Shown one piece after another: positions 9,026-18,509 of a stretch of DNA of 20,000 nt. The notes under the pieces are model-generated. The model was given only the letters and a program-made list of their open reading frames with translations. It made no database searches and was not told the origin of the DNA. Positions within the stretch are counted from its first letter, which is position 1. Each line of letters begins with the position of its first letter. The translations under genes were made by a program, and so were the position numbers. Source of the stretch: Emiliania huxleyi CCMP1516 (Eukaryota); NCBI RefSeq assembly GCF_000372725.1, contig NW_005201392.1:842105-862104 (forward strand), in the 5' to 3' direction.

Positions 9026-10295
9026 GCCCAAAGGCAAGCATGCCTCTGCCCATCCTAGTCCCCACCCCGCAGCGCGGAGACGGTTGGCGACATCGGCGCC
9101 ACGCTCGACGCGTCCGAGCTGCCGTCGTACGGCCCCGACGCCGACACGCGCGTCCAAGGCTACCCCCCCCCCCCCCCTTCCGTCTCATGCGACAAGAATC
9201 CCGAGCTCCCTTTCCCATACACGCCCCTCATACCCACCTTTGCCCCCCGCCCCCCTCCAGGCGGCCTCTTGGCGGACGGCGTCAGCTCGCTCCTCGCGGC
9301 CCTCTTCACGACGTCTCCCAACACGACCTACTCCCAGAACAGCGGAGTCATCGCGATCACGCGCTGCGCGTCGCGCGCATCCGGCCTCGCCACCGCGTTA
9401 TGGCTCGTCCTCCTCGGCCGGGCTTGCTAGATGCGGAGACAGATCTTTGTACTCCGCCTCCAGCACTCGAGAGGGCACGGAATCGCTGTACTCAGCTATA
9501 TCAGCTAAACGCGTGCTGTGTATCCGACACCCTTCATTCCCGCCCTGAGCCTGTTTTGGTGGCATGCGACGCAGGTCTGATTGGCCCCGTCGGCGGCTTC
9601 TTCGCCGACATCCCGTACCCGATCGTGGGCGGCATGGTCACGTTCCTCTTTGCGAACGTCATGGTCTCGGGCATCATCGTGCTCTCCAAGCTCGGCATCA
9701 AGCGCCGCAACCGCATCATCCTCTCCTTCTCGCTCGGCATCGCCCTCGGAGTCGCCATGCAGGCGCCCGCCCCCCCCCCCCCCCCCCAACGTGCATGCCC
9801 CCGCTCCCATCCCCCCCCCCCCTTCAGACATATGAGTTGTCCTCACGACACCTGATATCTCCTGCATTCCAGCCGCCGCCCCCGCCTCGCCACTTCCACG
9901 CCCCTTAATCCCCCTGACCCACTCCCCTCTGTCCGCATCGCAGCCCAACTTTTTCGAGGGCGGCGGGTCTGCCACCTTTGCCGGCGGCTGGCTCAAGATG
10001 AACTACGGCTTCTGGCCGCTGAAGCGAGTCTGCGAGTCGGGCACCGAGGTCTACGACTTGGACAAGGGCCCGGACTGGGTGATAAGCTGCGAGTTCAACA
10101 CGGGGCTCAAGTCCCTCCGCCAGGCCGTCCTCCTCGCCCTCAAGACGCCGTACTCCATCGGCGCCTCTGCAACGAGGGGGTCCTCGACCCCTCTTGCGCT
10201 CGCGGCGGGGGACTCGCGCTGGCAATGCTGTAGGCACGCTCATTGCCCTCATCCTCAACCTCATCCTGCCCAAGTCCAGCATCACCGAGGTGTGA
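6894..10295 (+). CDS. NCS2/NAT family nucleobase (xanthine/uric acid/uracil) permease, UapA/UraA-like; multi-exon, part missing in gap 7291-7390
   Basis: TM1 motif LIMGAQHALGMTGGIVTTP. Further segments VLGPSFAFLP, KVFPPIVCGVAITCIGASL, IKYWGGG, ETVGDIGAT, QGGLLADG. NAT signature TYSQNSGVIAITRCAS (QNxGxxxxT at 9335-9364). IPYPIVGGMVTFLFANVMVSGI and C-terminal GTLIALILNLILPK, with TGA at 10293-10295. ATG 6894 is inferred. Confidence 0.95.
7291..7390. other. Assembly gap (100 N) inside the permease gene
   Basis: Run of N. Confidence 1.
7391..7680. repeat. Intronic polypyrimidine minisatellite, ~11 bp unit CCCTTCCCCCT
   Basis: Degenerate tandem CCCTCCCTT(C/A/G)C units inside a permease intron. 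Confidence 0.85.
8939..9024. repeat. (AC)n microsatellite in a permease intron
   Basis: Perfect AC run of ~86 nt. Confidence 0.98.
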
Positions 10296-11023
10296 AAGAA
10301 GGTCCGAGCCATATGCATTTGGCATTTGGCATTTTGTCACGACATCCTGAGCAACACTTCGCGGGTTCGGCGCACACTCAAGAGAGAGCGTTCGAAACCA
10401 CTTGTACACTCTTCTCCGCCAACAGTGCCCTGCATGAGCAACGGTGGGTGTAGCTGGGCTGTGGGTAGGTATTAGCTGGAGTCGCGTATTGCGTGGCAGA
10501 CACGACTCGACAAGCAGCAGGGCGGAGCCGCCCAGCTAGTCATTGCACGAGCGGGCTCCACCGCGCAGTCGCGTCATCGGCCTTTTGGTGATTGTTTCTC
10601 CCGCGACGGCTCCCCCTCGCTGCGCGGCCCGGTCCCCTTCTCCACCTGCACCTCGCCGAATCGTGGTGCCGCGCCGCGTTCGCCCAGAGATGCGCAACGC
10701 GAGTGCAGCAGCTGATTCCGCTATTATTTCCAAATGCCATTATTGTTCGAACCCATGGCCATGCGCAGGATTCCCCTCCCCACACTATCTAGTCGGAAGC
10801 AAAACCTCGACAACTTGACAACTCAAGTACTCTGGGGAGTGATTCTAAGATCAGGTCGCGCACCTGGCGGAACTTTCATTTTCGACCCCCGGGCCTCACC
10901 CCCCCCCCACAGCCCGCCGCAGGCGCCGATTTTTTCGAGCATTTTTTTCTTTCTTCACCAGAAATTCCTTTTACGTTTTTAGCCCCCCGGCTCCGCCAGT
11001 TGTAACTCGTGCGACGTGCGGAG

Positions 11024-11108
<85 letters not shown>

Positions 11109-11148
11109 TCGTGTGTTCGAGTGTGTGCGTGGTCCGTGGTGTGTGTGT
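11024..11148. repeat. (GT)n microsatellite, imperfect toward the 3' end
   Basis: Directly visible. Confidence 0.95.
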
Positions 11149-11591
11149 CAAGTGGCAAAACCGCGGAACCGAAAATGGCGTTTAATTTCGCGCACCTGCT
11201 GTCCGCCGCCTGCGGCGGCGCTCCGCGCCGCTTGGGGCGCCTGCGGCCGGCGCCCCTGGCAGTGTGTGCGGTGCGCGGTACACACCGGCTCTATGGCGTG
11301 CTGGGGGGGGGGGGGGGGGGGCACGACTACGCAGTCGTGGCTTCTACAAGCGAGAGAGTGGCTTCTACGTTTACGAAAACATTGGGCGTCCCTAGTGCCG
11401 CATCCATAAGAAGTGACGTCACAGTTCCAGGAGCACGGTTACTGTACGCGTGTGCTGTGGGGTGGGGGTTGGGGGGGTATGGTCGTGGTGCAAGGGCCCT
11501 GGGCACTATACCCTACCCCCTAAAACCCTCGAATCCTGGCGGCCGATCGTTGTATTCTGCTCGTGTTCCCGCTGGGGACGCTTGTGTGGGC

Positions 11592-12473
11592 ATGCCCTCT
11601 CCCGTCCCGCCCCTCTCGCTCCTGCTCCTCGCCTCGCAGCTCCCGCGCGCCGCTTCGCAGAGCGCGTGTGTCGTCGAGCACTGCGGGGCGCAGCTGGCCC
11701 GCTGCCTCGCCGACACGGCTTGCAGAGGCTGGAGCCTTTGCAACGCCGGCTGCGGGCTGGGCACCGAGGCTCTGGCGTGCAACCAGCGGTGCGCCGATCT
11801 GCACACGCCGCTTCGCGGCTCACCGGCCATCGACGCCTTTTCAATTTGCACCATCTCGGACCATCACTGTGTGCCACAGCGGCGCCAGCGCTGCGCCGTG
11901 CCGCGCAACACGCTGCCTGCGCTCGAGCTTGCGGCGTTCGAGGGCGACTGGTGGGTCACGCGCGGTCTCAACCCCATCTTTGACTGCTTCGACTGCCAGC
12001 GCCACACCTTCTCACTCGGCGCGGCGGGCGAGCCCAAGCGGCTGCACGGCGCCCTCCGCTACTCGGTCAAGCGTGACCTGCACTGCTCGTTCCCGCAGCG
12101 CTGCGAGTACGTGCGCCGTGAGGTTAACCAGTCCTTTGCCCAGTCAAACGCCACCGGCCACCTTGCCAACCATGGGAATCCGCCCGCCCAGCTGCACTAT
12201 GCTGACGACTGGTATGTGATCGCGCACCGGCCCGAGACCTACATTTTGGTCTACTACTGCGGCTGCAACGATGCCGACTGCGGGTACTCGGGTGCGGTGC
12301 TGTACACGCGCTCACGATCCGGCGCGCTCGATGCGGCGGACAAAGCGGCTGTCGCGGCGGCGGCAAGGGCGGCCGGCGTCGACGGCTTCGAGCTCTCGGC
12401 ACTGTGCACGCCTGACAACCGCGCGTGCCCCGGCTGCGGCAGCACCGGACCGATTTTTTACGTGTTAAAATAG
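11592..12473 (+). CDS. Violaxanthin de-epoxidase family (VDE/VDL-like) lipocalin, 293 aa, intronless, with predicted signal peptide
   Basis: N-terminal Cys-rich domain CVVEHCGAQLARCLADTAC..C..C..CNQRCADL..FSICTISDHHCVPQ. Lipocalin motifs FEGDWWVTRGLNPIFDCFDCQRHTF, LHYADDWYVI, YILVYYCGCND and GYSGAVLYTRS match VDE motifs. ATG 11592 is followed by hydrophobic PLSLLLLA. The upstream part of the called ORF is microsatellite read-through. Confidence 0.9.
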   Translation: MPSPVPPLSLLLLASQLPRAASQSACVVEHCGAQLARCLADTACRGWSLCNAGCGLGTEALACNQRCADLHTPLRGSPAIDAFSICTISDHHCVPQRRQRCAVPRNTLPALELAAFEGDWWVTRGLNPIFDCFDCQRHTFSLGAAGEPKRLHGALRYSVKRDLHCSFPQRCEYVRREVNQSFAQSNATGHLANHGNPPAQLHYADDWYVIAHRPETYILVYYCGCNDADCGYSGAVLYTRSRSGALDAADKAAVAAAARAAGVDGFELSALCTPDNRACPGCGSTGPIFYVLK

Positions 12474-12707
12474 AGTTATGCCAAGGCGCAAGGGGCAAAA
12501 CATATACCGCGTTTCATGTCGAGCCCGAGCGCCTGGAGCAACACACAAATAAGAGGGGGCGCGTGGATGCTGGATCATGTGGTACTTTGCGTGTGCGCAG
12601 GGTGGACGCGCCGGTGTGCGCGGTGTGTGGGTCATCCGACAATCGCTCCACATATCGTCGAAGAGCAGGTCATGTGCGTCCGTGAGAGCAGGGTCAGCCT
12701 CCCCCCC

Positions 12708-15700
12708 TCAGCGCATGTCCGTGCGTCCTCTGCGCGAGGCGCGGGGCAAACTCAGGCGCCGGAGTGCGCGCGTGCCTCTTCGCTCCCGCGCAGTGGGCTG
12801 GCTCTGATTCTCGTTCGTAGATGAGTTGGGCTTGTCGCCGCCGGGGCAGCAGCAGCTGTCGCCGCCGGGCAAAACCAATTGCGCCTCCAGCTCCTCGATG
12901 CGAGCATAGTCCTCACCCATCAAGGCGACGGCGCGCGCCTCGCCAACGTTCCTCGTCGAGATGGCCCACTCAAAGTAGGCCTTGCGCCTCTCCTCCTCCT
13001 CCTCCTCTGCGGCGGCGGCTTCGGAAGCCGACGCCTCTGATGCTCCTCGAGAGGTCCCCACGGCTGTAGCCTGCCTCGCTTTGAGCTCGTCGATGCGAGT
13101 GTAGTCCTCACTCGTCAACGCAACGGCGCGCGCCTCATCCACGTTCCTCGTCGATATTGCCCACTCAAAGTACGCCTTGCGCTTTTCTTCCTCTTGGTCA
13201 TCCGCGGCAGCTGAGGCGGCCTCGGTGGATGGCGCCGCGACATGGCAAGAGATCGACGAGGACATCGCCTCGCTGGCAGAATCCCTTGGTGCAACCTGGG
13301 GGAACGGAGGTGCCGGGGCCAAGGAGGAGGGGTTAAGGTGCGAGTCGATCACTCGAACGATGTTGTAGTGGCCCTGGTAAGCCGCGGCGTCGCGTGGCGA
13401 CCAGAGAATCCCGGCGCGGTTGGTGCGCGGCGTGAGGATGGCACCGCTGGAGGCAAGGATGCGGAGGCACTCCTCGTGGCCGTTCTGCGCAGCCACGTAC
13501 GCCGGGAAGGCGCCCTCCGGGCGAGACAAGTTGGAGTCCGCCCCCGCCGAGACGAGAGCCCAGACGGCGTGCGGCTTGTTGTACTGGCACGCGATGTACA
13601 TGGCGGTGCACCCGTCCACCGTCTGCAGGTTCAGGTTGGCGCCAAGCGAGGCGAGGGTCTTCACCGTCGTCGCGTGGCCCTTCCTGCTCGCAATCACCAA
13701 CGGGGTGCCACCGTCGCTGCTGTTGGTGTGATCGACCGACGCCCCAAGTTGCGCCAGTCTCTCGATCGCCACGGTCCTCCCTGCGCCCGCCGCCGTATGC
13801 ACCAACGGGAACCCGACAATCCTGCCGCTCTTGGCTTCCGACTCGACCCTCTGCCGCATCACCTCCTCGACCCCTGCCGCGCCGTAAGTTGACCACACCC
13901 TCGCCACGACCCGGTCCATAACCTGCACCACCTCAGCGTCGCCCCAGCTCGCCTTCTTTAGGAGGCAGCTTATCTCCTTGGCAGCGCCGCGCACCTCTAC
14001 CGCCCGCTCCGCCTCGCTCGGCGCCTCCCGAGCGTCTCCCGCAGCCTCTGTGATGACGCTGTCGACGCAGCCCGTCCCAAAGTTCATCCCCGATTCGGCG
14101 GGGAGAGCGACGTGGCTTGGCCGCTCGTGTGCCAACATCGCGGCCACAAATCCACTCTCGCCACCGTACAGCCCATCCACGAGCGCCGCCGACTGCGACT
14201 CTGTGCCGGCGGTGGCGCTGACAGCGAGCACGGCGTCCGCTTCAGCTGTGCCAGATGACGCGCCCACGTGGAGATTAAGTTCGTGACAAGAAGCTGAGTG
14301 GTCGAACGAGCTATAGGCAGCTGAGGACGAGGAGGCGGAGGCGCCGTGTGCCGACGAGGACGCGGCGGCCGAGCCCCGCCGTGCCTCCGCCGCAAACAGC
14401 GCCTGGGTGCACGCTCCTGCGGGCTGGGACGGCTTCGAGCCGACTCCAATCGCATCGCTCATGTTGGCTCCGAGCGACACAATTTCGCAAGTAGTGGCAC
14501 TGCTCGTGCAGTCATTCTGCCCGCTCACGCATGCGTTGGAGAGCGCGTCGCTCATGCTGCACGCGGTGGCACCAGAGGCGCGTCCGGCCATACTGCTGCC
14601 CTGGTCTGCTAGCTCTGCAGGCAGTGGCTCGAGCCCGGCCGATGGACCCCCGCCTTGGCCACAGCCCGGCAGCGCAGCACGCGATCCACCGCGGTGGAGT
14701 GCGCTACCCATGCTGCTCGCTGCGTGCGCAGTAGAGGAGCGGGACACAGAGGGTCCCGCGACGACGGAGGTTTGAGGAGCCTTGCCCGTGCCGATGGGCG
14801 GCGTCGGGACCTTCCCTAGCCGCGTGACGGGCTTCGCGTCGCTCCCCATCCGCGAGACGGGCTTGACGACCGGCGCCGCACCGTTCTCACCCACCCACTG
14901 CTCGAACCAGAGCGGCTCATCGGCGGGGACTCCCCTCTCGAGGTCCTCGCTGGGCGGGACGTCCATGCTGGGCTTGACACCCTCCTTGGCCGCCTGGTCC
15001 TCGAGGGCGCCGGCTCGTTTGTAGCCACCGCCCTTGCCTACGCCGCGGGTCGAGGTGCGCGAGCGCCCGGAGAGGGCCAATCCACCTAGCAGGAGGCTGA
15101 GTAGGCCAGCCGTCACCAAGGCGTAGACGGTGCGGCACGGCAGGCCGCTGGTCGTGATCGGGCTCTCGAAGCCAAGGCCCCAATAGCCGCACGCTCTGCA
15201 GTGGCTACCGTTGCCCCAGAGGGCGCCCTCTCTCCCGGCCACGCGCGCGAGGAGCTTGCTCGTCGTGGTGTTTGGCTCGGGAGGGAGGAGCACGCAGGTG
15301 GCGTTCTCCTCGCCGAGCCGCTTGAAGACGGAAGGGTCGTAGCCTGCAGGGTACTCGTCGAGCCAAAACTCCCGGCTGAAGACCTGCTTTACGCTGTCCT
15401 CGAGGGTTCCGCCTTCGGGGGAGATGGTAGGGGCCCGGGGTGCTTGTTGTATGTCGAGCACTTTATCCGCCGTCGCTGCCCACTGCGCAAGTTCAGGATC
15501 AGGCACTGTCATGTCGCGCGCGCTCCAGGCGGCAGCGGCGCCTTGCTCTCCGGCGGGCGGGCTGCTGCCTGCAGCGTCGGCCGCGCGGCTGGTGCTGGAG
15601 GTGGTGGTGGTGGTGGTGCTGCTGCGCATGGTGCTGCTGGTGCTGCTGGTGCTGCTGGTGCTGCTGCTGCCGCTGTCGCTGCCGCTGCCGCCGCCGCTGC

Positions 15701-16076
15701 TGCTGCTGCTGTTCCTCCGGCAGCACTGGGGAGTGGGCGAAAGCGACGCGATGGCAGCCGCCGCGGCAGCCTCTTCCGCTCTGACTGCTGCATCTGCCGC
15801 CCCGTCCCTTGCTGCCTCGGCAACGGCGGCCGACTTTGCCGCCAGATCTCTCGCCGCCAGGGCTGCCTCGATCGCCTCGTGCAGCTCTTTCTCACTCTGC
15901 GCTTCGCTCGCCGCCAGAGTACTCCTCGCCGACCAAGACCGTCCTGTCGCGCTCTTGGTACAGCAAAACATGCGATCGCCGCACATGGCGCCTTTCTCGG
16001 GGCAGCCGTCCGCCGGCACGCCGTCCTTGCAGCAGCTGCCCCTCGTGCCGCAAAAGTGCGTGCAGTAGCCAGCCTC
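12708..16076 (-). CDS. Single-pass membrane protein with N-terminal Cys-rich module, ankyrin repeats and a duplicated C-terminal ~45 aa motif; 5'-partial (frame open to the gap)
   Basis: Uninterrupted ORF >1100 aa. Ankyrin repeats PLVHTAAGAGR, GGTPLVIASRKGH, GCTAMYIACQYNK, FPAYVAAQNGH, SPRDAAAYQGH. TM segment VYALVTAGLLSLLLGGLALSG. The frame extends upstream as EAGYCTHFCGTRGSCCKDGV to the gap. Confidence 0.85.
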   Translation of the reverse strand, partial: EAGYCTHFCGTRGSCCKDGVPADGCPEKGAMCGDRMFCCTKSATGRSWSARSTLAASEAQSEKELHEAIEAALAARDLAAKSAAVAEAARDGAADAAVRAEEAAAAAAIASLSPTPQCCRRNSSSSSGGGSGSDSGSSSTSSTSSTSSTMRSSTTTTTTSSTSRAADAAGSSPPAGEQGAAAAWSARDMTVPDPELAQWAATADKVLDIQQAPRAPTISPEGGTLEDSVKQVFSREFWLDEYPAGYDPSVFKRLGEENATCVLLPPEPNTTTSKLLARVAGREGALWGNGSHCRACGYWGLGFESPITTSGLPCRTVYALVTAGLLSLLLGGLALSGRSRTSTRGVGKGGGYKRAGALEDQAAKEGVKPSMDVPPSEDLERGVPADEPLWFEQWVGENGAAPVVKPVSRMGSDAKPVTRLGKVPTPPIGTGKAPQTSVVAGPSVSRSSTAHAASSMGSALHRGGSRAALPGCGQGGGPSAGLEPLPAELADQGSSMAGRASGATACSMSDALSNACVSGQNDCTSSATTCEIVSLGANMSDAIGVGSKPSQPAGACTQALFAAEARRGSAAASSSAHGASASSSSAAYSSFDHSASCHELNLHVGASSGTAEADAVLAVSATAGTESQSAALVDGLYGGESGFVAAMLAHERPSHVALPAESGMNFGTGCVDSVITEAAGDAREAPSEAERAVEVRGAAKEISCLLKKASWGDAEVVQVMDRVVARVWSTYGAAGVEEVMRQRVESEAKSGRIVGFPLVHTAAGAGRTVAIERLAQLGASVDHTNSSDGGTPLVIASRKGHATTVKTLASLGANLNLQTVDGCTAMYIACQYNKPHAVWALVSAGADSNLSRPEGAFPAYVAAQNGHEECLRILASSGAILTPRTNRAGILWSPRDAAAYQGHYNIVRVIDSHLNPSSLAPAPPFPQVAPRDSASEAMSSSISCHVAAPSTEAASAAADDQEEEKRKAYFEWAISTRNVDEARAVALTSEDYTRIDELKARQATAVGTSRGASEASASEAAAAEEEEEERRKAYFEWAISTRNVGEARAVALMGEDYARIEELEAQLVLPGGDSCCCPGGDKPNSSTNENQSQPTARERRGTRALRRLSLPRASRRGRTDMR

Positions 16077-16176
16077 NNNNNNNNNNNNNNNNNNNNNNNN
16101 NNNNNNNNNNNNNNNNNNNNNNNNNNNNNNNNNNNNNNNNNNNNNNNNNNNNNNNNNNNNNNNNNNNNNNNNNNNN
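16077..16176. other. Assembly gap (100 N)
   Basis: Run of N. Confidence 1.
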
Positions 16177-16759
16177 CGTCGATGCGAGTGTAGTCCTCAC
16201 TCGTCAACGCAACGGCGCGCGCCTCATCCACGTTCCTCGTCGATATTGCCCACTCAAAGTACGCCTTGCGCTTTTCTTCCTCTTGGTCATCCGCGGCAGC
16301 TGAGGCGGCCTCGGTGGATGGCGCCGCGACATGGCAAGAGATCGACGAGGACATCGCCTCGCTGGCAGAATCCCTTGGTGCAACCTGGGGGAACGGAGGT
16401 GCCGGGGCCAAGGAGGAGGGGTTAAGGTGCGAGTCGATCACTCGAACGATGTTGTAGTGGCCCTGGTAAGCCGCGGCGTCGCGTGGCGACCAGAGAATCC
16501 CGGCGCGGTTGGTGCGCGGCGTGAGGATGGCACCGCTGGAGGCAAGGATGCGGAGGCACTCCTCGTGGCCGTTCTGCGCAGCCACGTACGCCGGGAAGGC
16601 GCCCTCCGGGCGAGACAAGTTGGAGTCCGCCCCCGCCGAGACGAGAGCCCAGACGGCGTGCGGCTTGTTGTACTGGCACGCGATGTACATGGCGGTGCAC
16701 CCGTCCACCGTCTGCAGGTTCAGGTTGGCGCCAAGCGAGGCGAGGGTCTTCACCGTCGT
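16177..16759 (-). pseudogene. Duplicate fragment of the ankyrin gene (= 13088-13670), truncated at 16760 by repetitive DNA
   Basis: No differences seen from 13088-13670 by eye. Identity stops after CACCGTCGT, where a G7 run begins. Confidence 0.8.
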
Positions 16760-17135
16760 GGGGGGGTCGAACCCCCCCCCTAGCATGTGGTGGGCACCCC
16801 CCAGCAGTTTGTGGGCTAGGAATTGCCGCCAGAGAGCCGATTTTGCCCCCAAAGTTGTGAAATCGTGGCTGAAACTCCAATATCTTGGATAACCTGACCA
16901 GTCTCAAGGCTCATGTAGCTCCAAAGGATGATTTTCCTCTCGAAAATACTGCGAAATGAGGCGTAAAATCAAGGGCCCGGAGGGTCTGACCACGAGTCTC
17001 GGGGGGGGGTCCTCGGCCACGACCCCCCCCCAGCATGTGGTGAAGGTGCTGGGGGGGTCGGGACCCCCCCCCTAGCATGATGCATGTGCTGAAGCCTCTG
17101 GGGAGGGGGTCGGACCCCCCCCCTAGCATGTGGTG
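16760..17135. repeat. Four hairpin units Gn-TC-loop-A-C9-(T)AGCATG(TGGTG) at 16760-16792, 17001-17042, 17051-17079, 17105-17135
   Basis: Each unit has a G5-9 run and a C9 run around a short loop, followed by (T)AGCATG. Confidence 0.9.
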
Positions 17136-17180
17136 TGAATAGAAGCGCGCCCCCCTCCCTGGAAGCGATGTGCGCAAAAT

Positions 17181-18201
17181 GAGGGCCCAACTTGAGAATC
17201 GTGCTTTTTTGGTTAGGGACCAAAGCGCGAAGGACCACTGTTGGGTTAGGGACCGCGAGCGACAGGTTAGGGACCGATCGCCACCGCTCACACGCCAGCG
17301 GACGGCCACCATCGGTGTTTTTCACTGTGTACGTCACATCGGTCTTGATAACAAGCACGGTCGATCCGTCAAAGCGATACACTCGTCACGATCACGTTGA
17401 ACGGCTTGCACGGAGCTCCTGTGCCGGCACACAGGAAGAGCCGACGGCAAGAAGAGCTCGATGGGGAGCGAGAATCGCCAAAGGTGCTCACGGAGGTGTC
17501 GGAAGTCCGCCTTGATGCGGTCAGTTCCCCCCAGGCTTGACTGCGTAGGTCGCGGAACTCGTTGAGTACTCGTAGCCTTTCTGCGCCTCCGTATCTGCAT
17601 CGCGTCGGCTGCTCTGCGGCAAGAGCAGTCTTTTCGGAAGATATCGACGATTTTCGAGAGCCACCCGCTTGGGAGCGATTGAGCGCGTCACGGAGGACTC
17701 AGGTTACCCCTGAACCTCCTCTGACGGTTCTCACTCCCCATCGAGCTCTTCTTGCAGCACGGCTCTTCCTGTGTGCCGGCACAGAGCTCCGTGCCAGCCG
17801 TCCAACGTGATCGTGACGAGTGTATCGCTTTGACGGATCGACCGTACTTGTTATCAAGACTGACATGACGTACACAGTGACACATCAAACGACACATATA
17901 CAACATGTACATGTGCATGTATGCACATGTGCATGTTCTCCCACACGCCGGGCCGCAAAACGCTCTCGACGAGAGCCACAAGAAGCCGTCCGCACAGCAA
18001 GCCGGTCGGTCGAACACGTTGCTCGCTCGAAGCCGGCGAGCGCATGTCGCACGAGGTAGACGGTGGCGTAGAGCTGACATCACTGACGACGACCGTCCGC
18101 TGGCGTGAGCGGCGGCGATCGGTCCCTAACCTGCGGTCCTTCACCGTAATCGGTCCTTCGCCTTCATTCCTAACCCAAAAGCACGATTCTCAAGGGCCCT
18201 C
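17181..18201. mobile_element. ~1 kb foldback (long inverted repeat); probable non-autonomous element or head-to-head repeat pair
   Basis: Inner arms 17322-17484 / 17718-17880 (roughly 90% complementary by eye) and outer arms 17181-17305 / 18093-18201. ~230 bp spacer and ~200 bp extra sequence in the right arm. No transposase seen. Confidence 0.7.
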
Positions 18202-18383
18202 CGCCTGCTCTCACTCCCCTGGGAGTATCTTTGGCTCACGCCAAGGCGCTCGTTGCTCCTCCGTCTCTTTGTATCTTCCATACTGCGATTATCAGAAGAC
18301 TCCCCTTTCTCCCGGCCGGGGTGGGGCGCGCGCGGGGGCGGCGGGTGTGCGGGATGTCTGTGGGCCCGAGAGCGATGCGTCAT

Positions 18384-18509
18384 GAGGACGGACACGTCCC
18401 CACCTTTGCAGGATTTTGCGAAAGCGAGGGCGGAGGGCGCATCGCCGCGAGGAGGGGGCTGGGCACAGGGCACAGGGGATCTCTCGCATAGGATACACAC
18501 TCGGCGGCA
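18384..18509 (+). repeat. Dispersed ~127 bp repeat, copy B (copy A at 5662-5789)
   Basis: Direct comparison with 5662-5789. Confidence 0.9.

Noticed and set aside
11016..11591. N-terminal extension of the 485-aa ORF
   Set aside because: It is translated (GT)n and poly-G read-through from a GTG start; ATG 11592 with a hydrophobic leader is more plausible.
15509..16852. 447-aa ORF as a second complete ankyrin gene
   Set aside because: It is a chimera of repeat DNA, the duplicated fragment, the gap and an off-frame reading.
16760..17135. Palindromic repeats as CRISPR or bacterial REP elements
   Set aside because: Spacing is irregular, the intervening sequences resemble each other, the loops vary, and no cas or RAYT gene is present.
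17210..17275. TTAGGG hexamers as interstitial telomere
   Set aside because: They are isolated single hexamers within longer boxes, not tandem arrays.
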